The position numbers and the translations under genes were made by a program. The notes under the pieces are model-generated. The model ran no database searches. It saw only the letters and a program-made list of their open reading frames with translations, and was not told the DNA's origin. Below, piece by piece: positions 1 to 8,529 of a stretch of 64,000 nucleotides of DNA (positions within the stretch are counted from its first letter, which is position 1; every line of letters begins with the position of its first letter). The stretch comes from Methanobacteriota archaeon (GTDB lineage Archaea; Thermoplasmatota; Thermoplasmata; SG8-5; JAGLSY01): positions 32,001-96,000 of the forward strand of contig JAEHCQ010000004.1 in NCBI GenBank assembly GCA_020696385.1. Direction: 5' to 3'.

Positions 1-258
1 GGCCGCCGCAGCGCCCTTATAATACGTCGAATGAAGGTTATTGTGAACTCTCTGGCCAAGTATATCCCAGATAAGGAATGTGAGAAAGAACTCATCCTCT
101 GGCCTATTGATGACGACCTGTTTTTTGGATACTTTTGTACCGAATGTCTTTATGTATTTATCATCGAATGAGTCATCCACGAATTTCTTGATCAAACTGG
201 TTTTACCGACGGCTCCGTCGCCTAATAAACATATCTTCTTCATCAACTTCTTAGCCAT
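1..258 (-). CDS. Rab/Ras-like small GTPase (3' part truncated by the window edge; not in ORF track)
   Basis: Manual translation MAKKLMKKICLLGDGAVGKTSLIKKFVDDSFDDKYIKTFGTKVSKKQ...IWDILGQ: G1, G2 and G3 motifs; GGTGA RBS overlapping the upstream stop codon. Confidence 0.9.
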   Translation of the reverse strand, partial: MAKKLMKKICLLGDGAVGKTSLIKKFVDDSFDDKYIKTFGTKVSKKQVVINRPEDEFFLTFLIWDILGQRVHNNLHSTYYKGAAAA

Positions 259-263
259 TACAA

Positions 264-1085
264 TCACCCATATTGTTCGATCATTCTCTTCCTCTTGGCC
301 AAATGTGATTTGACCGTGAACTCGTCCTTGAAGCCCATTTCCACCTGAGCCAGATTTTCCACTGCCTGGATCAGGTTCTCCTTTACAGGGCCTTTTACAT
401 CCAGTCCCGCCCTTGAGAATTGTTGCCTCACCATGGCCATCGCGGTGTCCCTGTCCCCGAATGATTCGCAGAACTCATTGATTATCACATCAGTGACATC
501 CACAAGGTTCTTGATCTCCTTCTTTGTCACTGTTTGTGATTGTGAGCTTTCCATGGCCTGGTCTGAGATTATGGATATGCCGAGGGCCTCGAACATCTCC
601 TCGACATTCTCTCCGGTCTTCGCACTGCTGAGGAAATATTTGGTATCATATTTGTCAGCCAGCTCTTGAAGATCATCATTCGTGATCTGCCTCTGATCTA
701 CCAGATCGGCCTTGTTCCCGACAAAGGTCAAAGGTATGTCCTCGCGCACCTTCCTAACCTCCGGTATCCAATAATCTTCCAGGCTGGCAAGGGTCTCTTT
801 CCTTGTGAGGTCGCATACCATCAGAGCACCTTCTCCACCTTTGTAGCTGGTGGATTGGATGGATGTGTAACCCTTCTGCCCAAGGATATCCCATATCATG
901 AGTGTGAGGTCGACCTTTTCATCACCATGTTCGAGGCTGAGAACCTTCTTCGTGACCTTTGTTCCAATGGTGGTGATGTACTTGTCATCGAACTTATCCA
1001 TCACGTATTTGTGGATAAGACTGGTCTTACCGACAGCCCCATCTCCAAGCATGAGTACTTTTCTCTTTACACGACGAACATCCAT
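264..1085 (-). CDS. Rab/Ras-like small GTPase with an extra ~85-aa C-terminal helical domain
   Basis: G1 GDGAVGKT, G2 YITTIG, G3 WDILGQ, G4 NKAD, G5 SAK; no C-terminal prenylation cysteines. Confidence 0.92.
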   Translation of the reverse strand: MDVRRVKRKVLMLGDGAVGKTSLIHKYVMDKFDDKYITTIGTKVTKKVLSLEHGDEKVDLTLMIWDILGQKGYTSIQSTSYKGGEGALMVCDLTRKETLASLEDYWIPEVRKVREDIPLTFVGNKADLVDQRQITNDDLQELADKYDTKYFLSSAKTGENVEEMFEALGISIISDQAMESSQSQTVTKKEIKNLVDVTDVIINEFCESFGDRDTAMAMVRQQFSRAGLDVKGPVKENLIQAVENLAQVEMGFKDEFTVKSHLAKRKRMIEQYG

Positions 1086-1241
1086 ACTATTTCCTCAACC
1101 AATTGAGGGATTCACAAGACAAAAGCCTTGGAAGCCCTTATTGAATTCAATCCAAGCCAAGCTTGGAGATAATCCAATAATGAAACTACATGGCACTTAC
1201 CATAGATATAGATTACTAATAATTTTAAATCAATTTGAAAA

Positions 1242-2114
1242 TCATTTCAACTCAGCAATATACTCTTCCAATCCAGTTCCTGATCTTTTAAGGATCTTCT
1301 TCAATTCCTTCGACACCCCTGTCCCGTACTGCATGGCCTTCTTCGGCCTTTGCGCTATCGGGGAGGGAACTCCAATATCCTCTGCCAGATGCCTCAGCAC
1401 TTTCTTGTTCTGATCCTCATCTATCTTATGAATGAAAGGTATGGTCTTGCCATATTCGATGATCGCTGGATCAAGGTACGGAAGAATCAGCTTCTTGCCA
1501 AAATACCCTGCCATCTTGTGGTAAAAGGAAGCCTCGCTCTCGATTATTTCCATGATGTCCCGATCCATCATGGCCTGTGCTTCCTTCTCATCAACTTCCC
1601 TGTATTTCCTGTATCCGCCAAAGACCTCGTCAGCTCCCTGGCCCAATATCAGGGTTCTTTCCTCCACCTGGCTAAGTATGAGATAAAAAGGAATGAAGAC
1701 AGCCATCCATTTTGGATTGTCCATTCCGATATCATGGACAATGTGCTTGATCGCCATTTCAACATCTTCCACATCGATCTTCACTTGCTCTATATACAGC
1801 CCCATAAGGTCTGCAGCTTCTTTCGACCAGTTGAGATCGTTCGATCCCTTGAACCCGATGGAATATAATTTCGGGGTGAAGAATTCCTTCGATACAATAT
1901 GAGCCAGCAAAGCGCTATCCAGACCACCGGAGAAAAGAACAGCGGTCTTCTTTTGGTGGTCCTGATCATGATGATTATAGCGACGATCATCGCCCAGCTC
2001 TTTTTCAAGATGACCCAGAATAAGTCGATGTGTGTCATCAATATTCTTCTGAAGATCTGGATCTTTTGTCAAGGTATCAACCAATGGCTTCGAAGGCCAG
2101 TGAGGAATCCGCAA
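1242..2114 (-). CDS. Asparagine synthase C-terminal (ATP pyrophosphatase) domain protein without a glutaminase domain; start may be TTG near 2084
   Basis: PP-loop FSGGLDS, GQGADEVFGGY, LPYLD, RPKKAMQYGTG. Confidence 0.8.
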   Translation of the reverse strand: MRIPHWPSKPLVDTLTKDPDLQKNIDDTHRLILGHLEKELGDDRRYNHHDQDHQKKTAVLFSGGLDSALLAHIVSKEFFTPKLYSIGFKGSNDLNWSKEAADLMGLYIEQVKIDVEDVEMAIKHIVHDIGMDNPKWMAVFIPFYLILSQVEERTLILGQGADEVFGGYRKYREVDEKEAQAMMDRDIMEIIESEASFYHKMAGYFGKKLILPYLDPAIIEYGKTIPFIHKIDEDQNKKVLRHLAEDIGVPSPIAQRPKKAMQYGTGVSKELKKILKRSGTGLEEYIAELK

Positions 2115-3768
2115 GAGATATGGCTATCCTCTCCAGGTCATCCATCTTCACCCTTTTCTGGTCTTTCGTATCCCTGTCTCTGATCGTGACGCAGCCATCT
2201 TCCTTTGTCTCATAATCCACGGTTATGCAGAACGGTGTTCCAGCCTCGTCCATTCTGGCATACCTTCTGCCAATGGTTCCGCTGCCGTCATAGTAGGTCA
2301 ATAATCCTTTCTGCCTCAGTTTCTTGTCGATATCAGAGGCCATGTCATCCAGGCCATCTTTCGACATGAGCGGGAACACACCGAATTTGATCGGTGCTAT
2401 GGTGACTGGCAGACCAAGTGTCACGTACTCTCCATCTTCCTTGTAATTGTGATCCATCACGGTGTAGAAGATACGATCCAGTCCGTATGAAGGCTCGATG
2501 ACATGGGGTACGATCCTCTTGCCGCTGACCTTCTTCTTCTCCTGTGATATGGTGAAACATTCTGGAGGTATGGATACTTCTTCCCCATCCATGTCCAGAA
2601 CAATCGGTATGGCGGTATCGAGGCCATCACAAGGCATCTCACTAAGCTTTGTGGCTATGGCTCCTGCCTTGCCCTTGAACAATGGGCCAAGGGCGCTCAG
2701 ATTGGGCACTATGATCGTGGCCTCCATCTCTATGGGCTCAGGGAATCTGATGAATGCTGTCAGCTCCGCGCCAGATTCATCAATGTGGCTCTGAAGGTCA
2801 TAACAACCTCGATCAGCTATGCCGACCAACTCCAGCCAACCATAGCCAGTCATTGCCTCGCAATCCCAGCAATCCTCGGCATAATGCGCCATCTCGGTCT
2901 TCAGATGCTGTCTGAATCTCAGCTTCTTCGAGTCCAGACCTGCAGAGGTAAGAATATGCTGAGTAAGGTGCATGAAGTAGGCCAGTGGTTCATTGGCAAT
3001 GATGCCTTTGTCCACTGCATCTCTCAGGGTGATGTCTTGTTCATCGGCACCGTCGGGCAATAATCTGAGTGTCTTGCTAGACACTTCGTCAAAGCCAGGC
3101 CAGACCTTGTTGCTGGGGTCGAAGAAGACCTCGGCCTCCATCATATTGAATTCTCTGACTCTTGTGATGCTCTGCCTCGGAGAGATCTCATTCCTGAAAC
3201 CTTTACCAAGTTGAACTATTCCAAAAGGTAGTTTTTCACGGTTGAATTTGTAAAGCAAATGGAAATTGAAGAACATGGCTTGCGCGGTCTCCGGCCTCAT
3301 GTAACCGTCCCTTCCGCCAATGGGTCCGACCATTGTCTTGAACATAAGATTGACAGATACTGGCTCTGATAATCCGCCTTTGCAGGATGGACATTTGATC
3401 CCATGCTTCACCATGGCCTCTTGAAGTTCATCCTGGCTCATTGCATCTGGATTATCCTCCACCTCCTCTAGAAGATGATCCGCCCTGAAGGCCTGATTGC
3501 ATTTCTGGCATTGGACTGAGAAATCCGTGAATTCTGAGAGGTGGCCGCTTGCCCTGAACACATCCTCAGGTGAGATAATGGGTGAGAATATTTCGGACAT
3601 TCCTTCTCTCATAACATAATTATTTCGCCATAGACTTTCAATATTGGTCTTCATGGTCGATCCCAGAGGGCCGTAATCGTACAGTCCGGCCATACCGCCG
3701 TATATCTCGAAGGATGGGAAGAAGAAACCTCGCCTCTTTGCAAGCCCAAGAATGATGTTTGGATCCAT
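2077..3768 (-). CDS. glyS: Glycine--tRNA ligase (archaeal/eukaryotic alpha2 type)
   Basis: LAKRRGFFFPSFEIYGG, RPETAQ, FRNEISPRQ, EMAHYAEDCWD, HVIEPSYG, C-terminal anticodon-binding domain; ATG at 3768 preferred. Confidence 0.97.
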   Translation of the reverse strand: MDPNIILGLAKRRGFFFPSFEIYGGMAGLYDYGPLGSTMKTNIESLWRNNYVMREGMSEIFSPIISPEDVFRASGHLSEFTDFSVQCQKCNQAFRADHLLEEVEDNPDAMSQDELQEAMVKHGIKCPSCKGGLSEPVSVNLMFKTMVGPIGGRDGYMRPETAQAMFFNFHLLYKFNREKLPFGIVQLGKGFRNEISPRQSITRVREFNMMEAEVFFDPSNKVWPGFDEVSSKTLRLLPDGADEQDITLRDAVDKGIIANEPLAYFMHLTQHILTSAGLDSKKLRFRQHLKTEMAHYAEDCWDCEAMTGYGWLELVGIADRGCYDLQSHIDESGAELTAFIRFPEPIEMEATIIVPNLSALGPLFKGKAGAIATKLSEMPCDGLDTAIPIVLDMDGEEVSIPPECFTISQEKKKVSGKRIVPHVIEPSYGLDRIFYTVMDHNYKEDGEYVTLGLPVTIAPIKFGVFPLMSKDGLDDMASDIDKKLRQKGLLTYYDGSGTIGRRYARMDEAGTPFCITVDYETKEDGCVTIRDRDTKDQKRVKMDDLERIAISLADSSLAFEAIG

Positions 3769-3772
3769 GGTA

Positions 3773-4615
3773 TCACGGTAGCATGGCTTCAAGGAGATCG
3801 AGCTCGTATATCATCGCGATGAGCTTGTCCTTGGAATCCCTTATTGGCAATTGTCCATAATCGTACTTCTTCATGATCCTGGCAGCTTCGCTGACCGATG
3901 TTTTCCTGAATACGGTTCGCGGTTCCTTGATCATGACATCTTTTACAGGGATGTTAGGTAATTCTATCCTTCTCACATCGAAGTACAATTTCATGACGTT
4001 CCTGAGACCTTCCCAGCTCCATTCATCCTCGTCCTCTCCGAGTCCAAGGGCTGACATGGCCGCGCTGACATTGATGGTCGATAGGTTGAACATATCCCTG
4101 TCGGTCACAAGACCGCTCAGTTTGCCATGCTCATCAAGAACGGGAGCGGCTACAAGGCCAGCAACCCTGAATACCGCATCCACGGTAGGCAGTGGTGACC
4201 CTTCATAGACTGGAACACATGGTGTTCTGACGTATTTATCCACCTGGGTCTTAATATCCATATCCTCTATTATCTGTAGAAAGTCAGCAGGGGTGATGAT
4301 GCCCACCAGCTTGTCATTCTTGACTATTGGAAGATGGTGCAGATCATGGGTGAGTAGCAATTCCGCTGCCTCAATTATATCATCAGATGGTCCAAGTGTG
4401 GGGTAGTCCTTGTTAATTATCAGAGCCAGTTGCTCCTCTTCTGGTTTTTTTGTGATATCCTGCCTTGTCACGAACCCTATCAGAGTTCCTTCCTTTGCCT
4501 TTATAACTGGAACTCCAGTCTTGTTCTCATTGACTAGCAGTCTCAATAGATCTGTTCTATTTCCAGGCAATTCTGCAACGATCGGATTCGTCGTCATTAG
4601 CTCTTTTATTTTCAA
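3773..4615 (-). CDS. CBS-domain protein (two CBS pairs)
   Basis: IKELMTTNP, LVGIITPAD, LSGLVTDRD, VKDVMIKEP repeats; TTG start with GGAGGTGA RBS. Confidence 0.88.
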   Translation of the reverse strand: MKIKELMTTNPIVAELPGNRTDLLRLLVNENKTGVPVIKAKEGTLIGFVTRQDITKKPEEEQLALIINKDYPTLGPSDDIIEAAELLLTHDLHHLPIVKNDKLVGIITPADFLQIIEDMDIKTQVDKYVRTPCVPVYEGSPLPTVDAVFRVAGLVAAPVLDEHGKLSGLVTDRDMFNLSTINVSAAMSALGLGEDEDEWSWEGLRNVMKLYFDVRRIELPNIPVKDVMIKEPRTVFRKTSVSEAARIMKKYDYGQLPIRDSKDKLIAMIYELDLLEAMLP

Positions 4616-4655
4616 TCTCTCACCTCCAATTGGTATGAATTTTGATATGCTTTTT

Positions 4656-5738
4656 CTAACCCTGTGATCTCCACTTGAAGCGTATATCTTTCGGGGTAGA
4701 ACCGATTACTTGGCTTGCTGGCTTCCCAGCAGACCAATCCAGTACAATGAATCCATCCTGCCCCCAGGGTTTGACACCTATATCTGGATTCGATTTTAAT
4801 ACTTTTCTACTATTGTCTATCATGATATTTAATAACTTCTCATCGTCCATGATATTATCTGACACCAAGTTTCCCACCATATCTTTGAGAACTCTCATCT
4901 CTTTGAACATATCCGGTTCTGCCAACATCACATTGTCAGACCCCAGGCATATATCGACACCTGCTTCCAGCATCCTTTTGACCGGGGGAATCATATCGAA
5001 GAAAGCATTGGAACTGGGGCATATGACAATGGGAATTCCTTTATCCGCACACAGAGCCAGATCATCATCGCTTGCATGTATCATATGAACGAGAAACTTT
5101 GGTTTTAGATCAAGTATGAGATCGATATCTTCCCTCGATCTCTCGCTCGCGTGCAAAGCCAGAGCCCTTCCTTTGCCAGCCAGATATTCCCCTATAGCCT
5201 TTAGTTCATCATGGTCCCAGTCAGAAACAGAGCTGATCCCCAGGCCAGTTGATATCTCCAGTAAACCATCTATCTCATCCTGATCAAAAGCATTGCTTCC
5301 TGGCCGGGCATAGATATCGCATCTGATCCTTCCATCCAGAGGTGGCTTAATTTCATTTTTCATGGCCTCGGAAAGCTGTCTGGCTCCCATTATTCCCTCT
5401 TCTCTGAAATCAATGAATCTACCAATACCGTTGCTCTCCATCGTCCTGATGCTTTTCCCCATACCTCTGACAATATCTTCTTCCGAGGTCTGTTTCAGCA
5501 TCCGGTGCTTGTAGCCATCCGGTGGTCCCACGATCTCCTCAACTGTGCCTTTTAGAGGTCTTGGTATCGCGGAATCCCCAATATGTGTGTGGCAGTTGAT
5601 GAGCTTTGGAATTATGATACCATTATGATCAGCTCCTTCCAGGATGCCTGGCCTCATCTCATATCCATTATCCGAGATAACAATGTGCCCCTCTTCGAAC
5701 TTTCTATCTTTATAGATCATGCCAGATATCGTGATCAT
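4656..5738 (-). CDS. Amidohydrolase-family metallohydrolase
   Basis: NCHTHIGD, ALHASE, VHMIH, CLGSDN metal-binding motifs. Confidence 0.88.
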   Translation of the reverse strand: MITISGMIYKDRKFEEGHIVISDNGYEMRPGILEGADHNGIIIPKLINCHTHIGDSAIPRPLKGTVEEIVGPPDGYKHRMLKQTSEEDIVRGMGKSIRTMESNGIGRFIDFREEGIMGARQLSEAMKNEIKPPLDGRIRCDIYARPGSNAFDQDEIDGLLEISTGLGISSVSDWDHDELKAIGEYLAGKGRALALHASERSREDIDLILDLKPKFLVHMIHASDDDLALCADKGIPIVICPSSNAFFDMIPPVKRMLEAGVDICLGSDNVMLAEPDMFKEMRVLKDMVGNLVSDNIMDDEKLLNIMIDNSRKVLKSNPDIGVKPWGQDGFIVLDWSAGKPASQVIGSTPKDIRFKWRSQG

Positions 5739-5837
5739 CCCGACTACATAAGGAATGGTAAATTAAAAACATTGCATGTGAACTATCAGGCCCTAAAGGA
5801 TCTGAAAGTTCCCAGAAATAGGCCATAGTCCCAATAA

Positions 5838-5858
5838 CGCAGCGGTATTATCGCTGCG
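5838..5858. terminator. GC-rich hairpin in the intergenic region (possible terminator or processing signal)
   Basis: CGCAGCG-GTATTAT-CGCTGCG inverted repeat. Confidence 0.35.
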
Positions 5859-5876
5859 ACCAATTACTGAGAAAAC

Positions 5877-5935
5877 GATGGGATTTCTAATCGCCTTAGT
5901 TCTCTATCCCACTAGAGATTAGAAGAGTTAATACG
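5877..5935. repeat. Dispersed imperfect palindromic element, copy A (copy B at 26417-26495)
   Basis: GATGGG.TTTCTAATCGCCT...CACTAG.GATTAGAA.A..TAATACG shared with copy B. Confidence 0.65.
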
Positions 5936-6079
5936 ATCTCATTTTAATCCTATCTGGGTATTTACTCCATGGCTACCGTTTACTCTTCAAATACTTCCAC
6001 ATATTCATTGAATATAACTTGTGAGCCCTAAATAATTCAATAATAGGCTGTGAAGTCTTTAATTTCAACAATGGTCCTA

Positions 6080-6388
6080 TTACCTGTAAAAACTGTAGTG
6101 ATTGAGTATGCGCCCCAATCTCTTGACCTGGTCAGCTGTCAGAAGCCCTTCCTTCTCTTTCTCCAGAATGAAGTCCGATGCGGCGATTATATCGATCTTA
6201 TCCGCTTTCGCGATTATCGAGCCCTTTATTGTCCCCTCGAGATTCGGAGCCAGTCCCTGCAGGACATCGTTCATCTCGAATTTGAACTCCTCGATCTTCC
6301 TAAGATTGAGCCTTTTCTTCTTCGGGACATAGGTCTTCTTCTTTGGGCGGGCATCTCTCCTATTGCCTTTGTATCTAGTGCTGGCTAA
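6080..6388 (-). CDS. Hypothetical basic protein; start uncertain (first ATG 6274, frame open to about 6433)
   Basis: Protein-like reading ASTRYKGNRRDARPKKKTYVPKKKRLNLRKIEEFKFE precedes the first ATG; GGGGGA RBS-like sequence upstream of ATC/TTA codons. Confidence 0.55.
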   Translation of the reverse strand, partial: LASTRYKGNRRDARPKKKTYVPKKKRLNLRKIEEFKFEMNDVLQGLAPNLEGTIKGSIIAKADKIDIIAASDFILEKEKEGLLTADQVKRLGRILNHYSFYR

Positions 6389-6767
6389 GGTGATTCCCCC
6401 TTCTTTTGCCTTCTTCTTCCTCAGATCCTGTTCCTATCGTGGAGCTCATGGCCATGTTCCTGTCCCTGGACATTCTCATCAGGACATGTTCCTCATCCTT
6501 GTATTTGACGTACTCCTCGAAGGAAATATTCGGAGCAATGTCTCGAAAAATCTCAAAGGCCACCAGTTCGGAATTATTGGAGTGCATGTACCTTCCATCT
6601 CCGATCTCGTACACCATCTCGCCCCCGACCATCTTCTTCAGATCATCCTGGAGCTCGTCTTCTCCGAGCATGATCTTTTCAGAGAGGGTTTGCACGGAAA
6701 TAACTCTATCCGTGTTCTTTCTGAAGTGGGTCAAGAGCCTGTCTATATTGCTTATTGTCTGAGCCAT
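6375..6767 (-). CDS. Hypothetical protein with a possible N-terminal winged-helix
   Basis: ORF with host-like codon usage; ISVQTLSEKIMLGEDELQDDLKKMVGGEMV resembles a wHTH. Confidence 0.6.
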   Translation of the reverse strand: MAQTISNIDRLLTHFRKNTDRVISVQTLSEKIMLGEDELQDDLKKMVGGEMVYEIGDGRYMHSNNSELVAFEIFRDIAPNISFEEYVKYKDEEHVLMRMSRDRNMAMSSTIGTGSEEEEGKRRGNHLSQH

Positions 6768-7036
6768 TAAGCCGCCCAATACACTCAAGTGAATTAAAGG
6801 TTTTGCAGTTTTGTTGGCTTTGATTAGTCAGGCGGAGGTGTGAGATAATGGGCTTAAAGGGCTGAGAAAGAAAGATCATCAATACACGTCTTGCCAGTTA
6901 ATTTAACAAAACTAAAGTTTTCCCAAACCTTTATTAACAATACTTCAAATAACCTATAATAACATATTAATACTTTAATATTTTTGAAATATTAGGTAAT
7001 TATAAGCAACTGGCAACTGAAAAAGAAGGGGACGAT

Positions 7037-7741
7037 ATGAACAAGAAGGAACTTCAAACAAGCCTCTCCATAATGGGCAGGGAGAGGTCGCTGGACATTA
7101 TTTCGTTTGCTGTTGACCATGGCTGGTCAACAGCAACCGAGATATCTCATGGTCTGGACATGCACGTGGCAACCGCAGTTAAGCATTTGCAGGACCTGGA
7201 ATCGATCGATGTGCTGGAGTCCAGAACAAGAAAGGGAAAGACGAGAAGCGCCCTGGAATACAATATAAAAAATTCCAGGATATTCTACGATATCGACATC
7301 ATGTCTTTGGGTAGCCAGGGTGAGATGGAGAAGGACAATGATCTCCATCTTTCCATGGTCTTCTTGTGTGAATTCTCCCAGCGTCTTATGAGGTTCACTG
7401 GTAACACGACAGGGTCGCTCCTTGAGTCCTGGAAGAAGGATCTGGGTTTGGATGATGCCGTGTTGGGTCATCTGAGAACGTGCATTGATTCTTATGAACC
7501 AGATGATGAGAATAGATCATCTGGTTTGGCTGATAAGATGGATGGTTTGGACCATTTGCAGATAATTGACTCGATCCTCGAATTCGAAGAGCGAACAATG
7601 GGCAGGTCTTCATTGATCTCTCTTGTCAATATTTCACTGGCCCGGGCTTTCAAAGATATGAAAATGGAGGAGGAGGGATCCAACTCCTCACTTTACAAAT
7701 TGATCAATAAAAAATATTCGACAAGAGAGGTGGAAAAATGA
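7037..7741 (+). CDS. ArsR-like winged-helix transcriptional regulator with a C-terminal helical domain
   Basis: STATEISHGLDMHVATAVKHLQDLESIDVLESR HTH; ATGA overlap with the downstream KaiC-like gene. Confidence 0.8.
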   Translation: MNKKELQTSLSIMGRERSLDIISFAVDHGWSTATEISHGLDMHVATAVKHLQDLESIDVLESRTRKGKTRSALEYNIKNSRIFYDIDIMSLGSQGEMEKDNDLHLSMVFLCEFSQRLMRFTGNTTGSLLESWKKDLGLDDAVLGHLRTCIDSYEPDDENRSSGLADKMDGLDHLQIIDSILEFEERTMGRSSLISLVNISLARAFKDMKMEEEGSNSSLYKLINKKYSTREVEK

Positions 7742-8454
7742 CAATAAGTACTGGAATAAGCGGCTTGAACGAACTTGCTGGCGGGGGATTTCCCGAGCGG
7801 ACCATCAATCTAATATCCGGGCCTGCTGGGAGTGCCAAGACATTGTTCGGAATGCAGTTCATATTCAAGGGATTTACAGAGTATGGAGAAAAAGGGTTAT
7901 TCATCACCCTGGAAGAGAGCAGGGAGAATCTTCTTCGCGCCTCCAAGGCCTTTGGAATGGACTTTGACAAATTTAATGGAACAGATGATATCCAGCTCGT
8001 GGATTTTGGCGAGATGAGGAAGGATCTGGACCTGGAGGAGGATGTGGACCTTGGAATAGTCAGCCTCAGGAACTTGCTGGACTTTATAATCAAGACAGTG
8101 AAAGAGACTGGAGCAACCAGGCTACTCATCGACTCCATCTCCGCCATGGGATTGTATTACAATGATGTCGATGAGTTCAGAAGGGAGTTGTTCAGATTCT
8201 GCCGTATACTGAAGGATCACGACCTGACGACCGTGCTGATAACCGAGGCCAATAAGAGCGGGGAAACAAGATTCGGCATCGAGCAGTTCATTTCCGATTC
8301 CATAATAGTTCTGGATTATGAGAATGTCGAGGGCGAGTACAGGCGTACGATAACGATCTACAAGATGAGATTCGCCCGTCATGATCCCTACAAACATCCC
8401 TTCCTTATCATGAGCGATGGGATCGAGATAGACAGCCAGGAGACAATATATTGA
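7738..8454 (+). CDS. Single-domain KaiC-like (RecA-superfamily) ATPase
   Basis: STGISGLNELAGGGFP, Walker A GPAGSAKT, ITLEE, Walker B LLIDS, IYKMR. Confidence 0.92.
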   Translation: MTISTGISGLNELAGGGFPERTINLISGPAGSAKTLFGMQFIFKGFTEYGEKGLFITLEESRENLLRASKAFGMDFDKFNGTDDIQLVDFGEMRKDLDLEEDVDLGIVSLRNLLDFIIKTVKETGATRLLIDSISAMGLYYNDVDEFRRELFRFCRILKDHDLTTVLITEANKSGETRFGIEQFISDSIIVLDYENVEGEYRRTITIYKMRFARHDPYKHPFLIMSDGIEIDSQETIY

Positions 8455-8529
8455 CGATCTGTAGATCATAATTGATTGTCTTAAAATCATAATTTGTTAA
8501 TCTAAATATCATATTTAACTGGAGAAATA

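Noticed and set aside
1-1085. Eukaryotic contamination as the source of the Rab-like genes
   Set aside because: Intronless, prokaryotic RBS, operon-like spacing, host-like codon usage, no prenylation motif
6891-7019. TTGCCAGTT/AACTGGCAA inverted pair in the divergent promoter
   Set aside because: Only 9 bp and over 100 bp apart; could arise by chance
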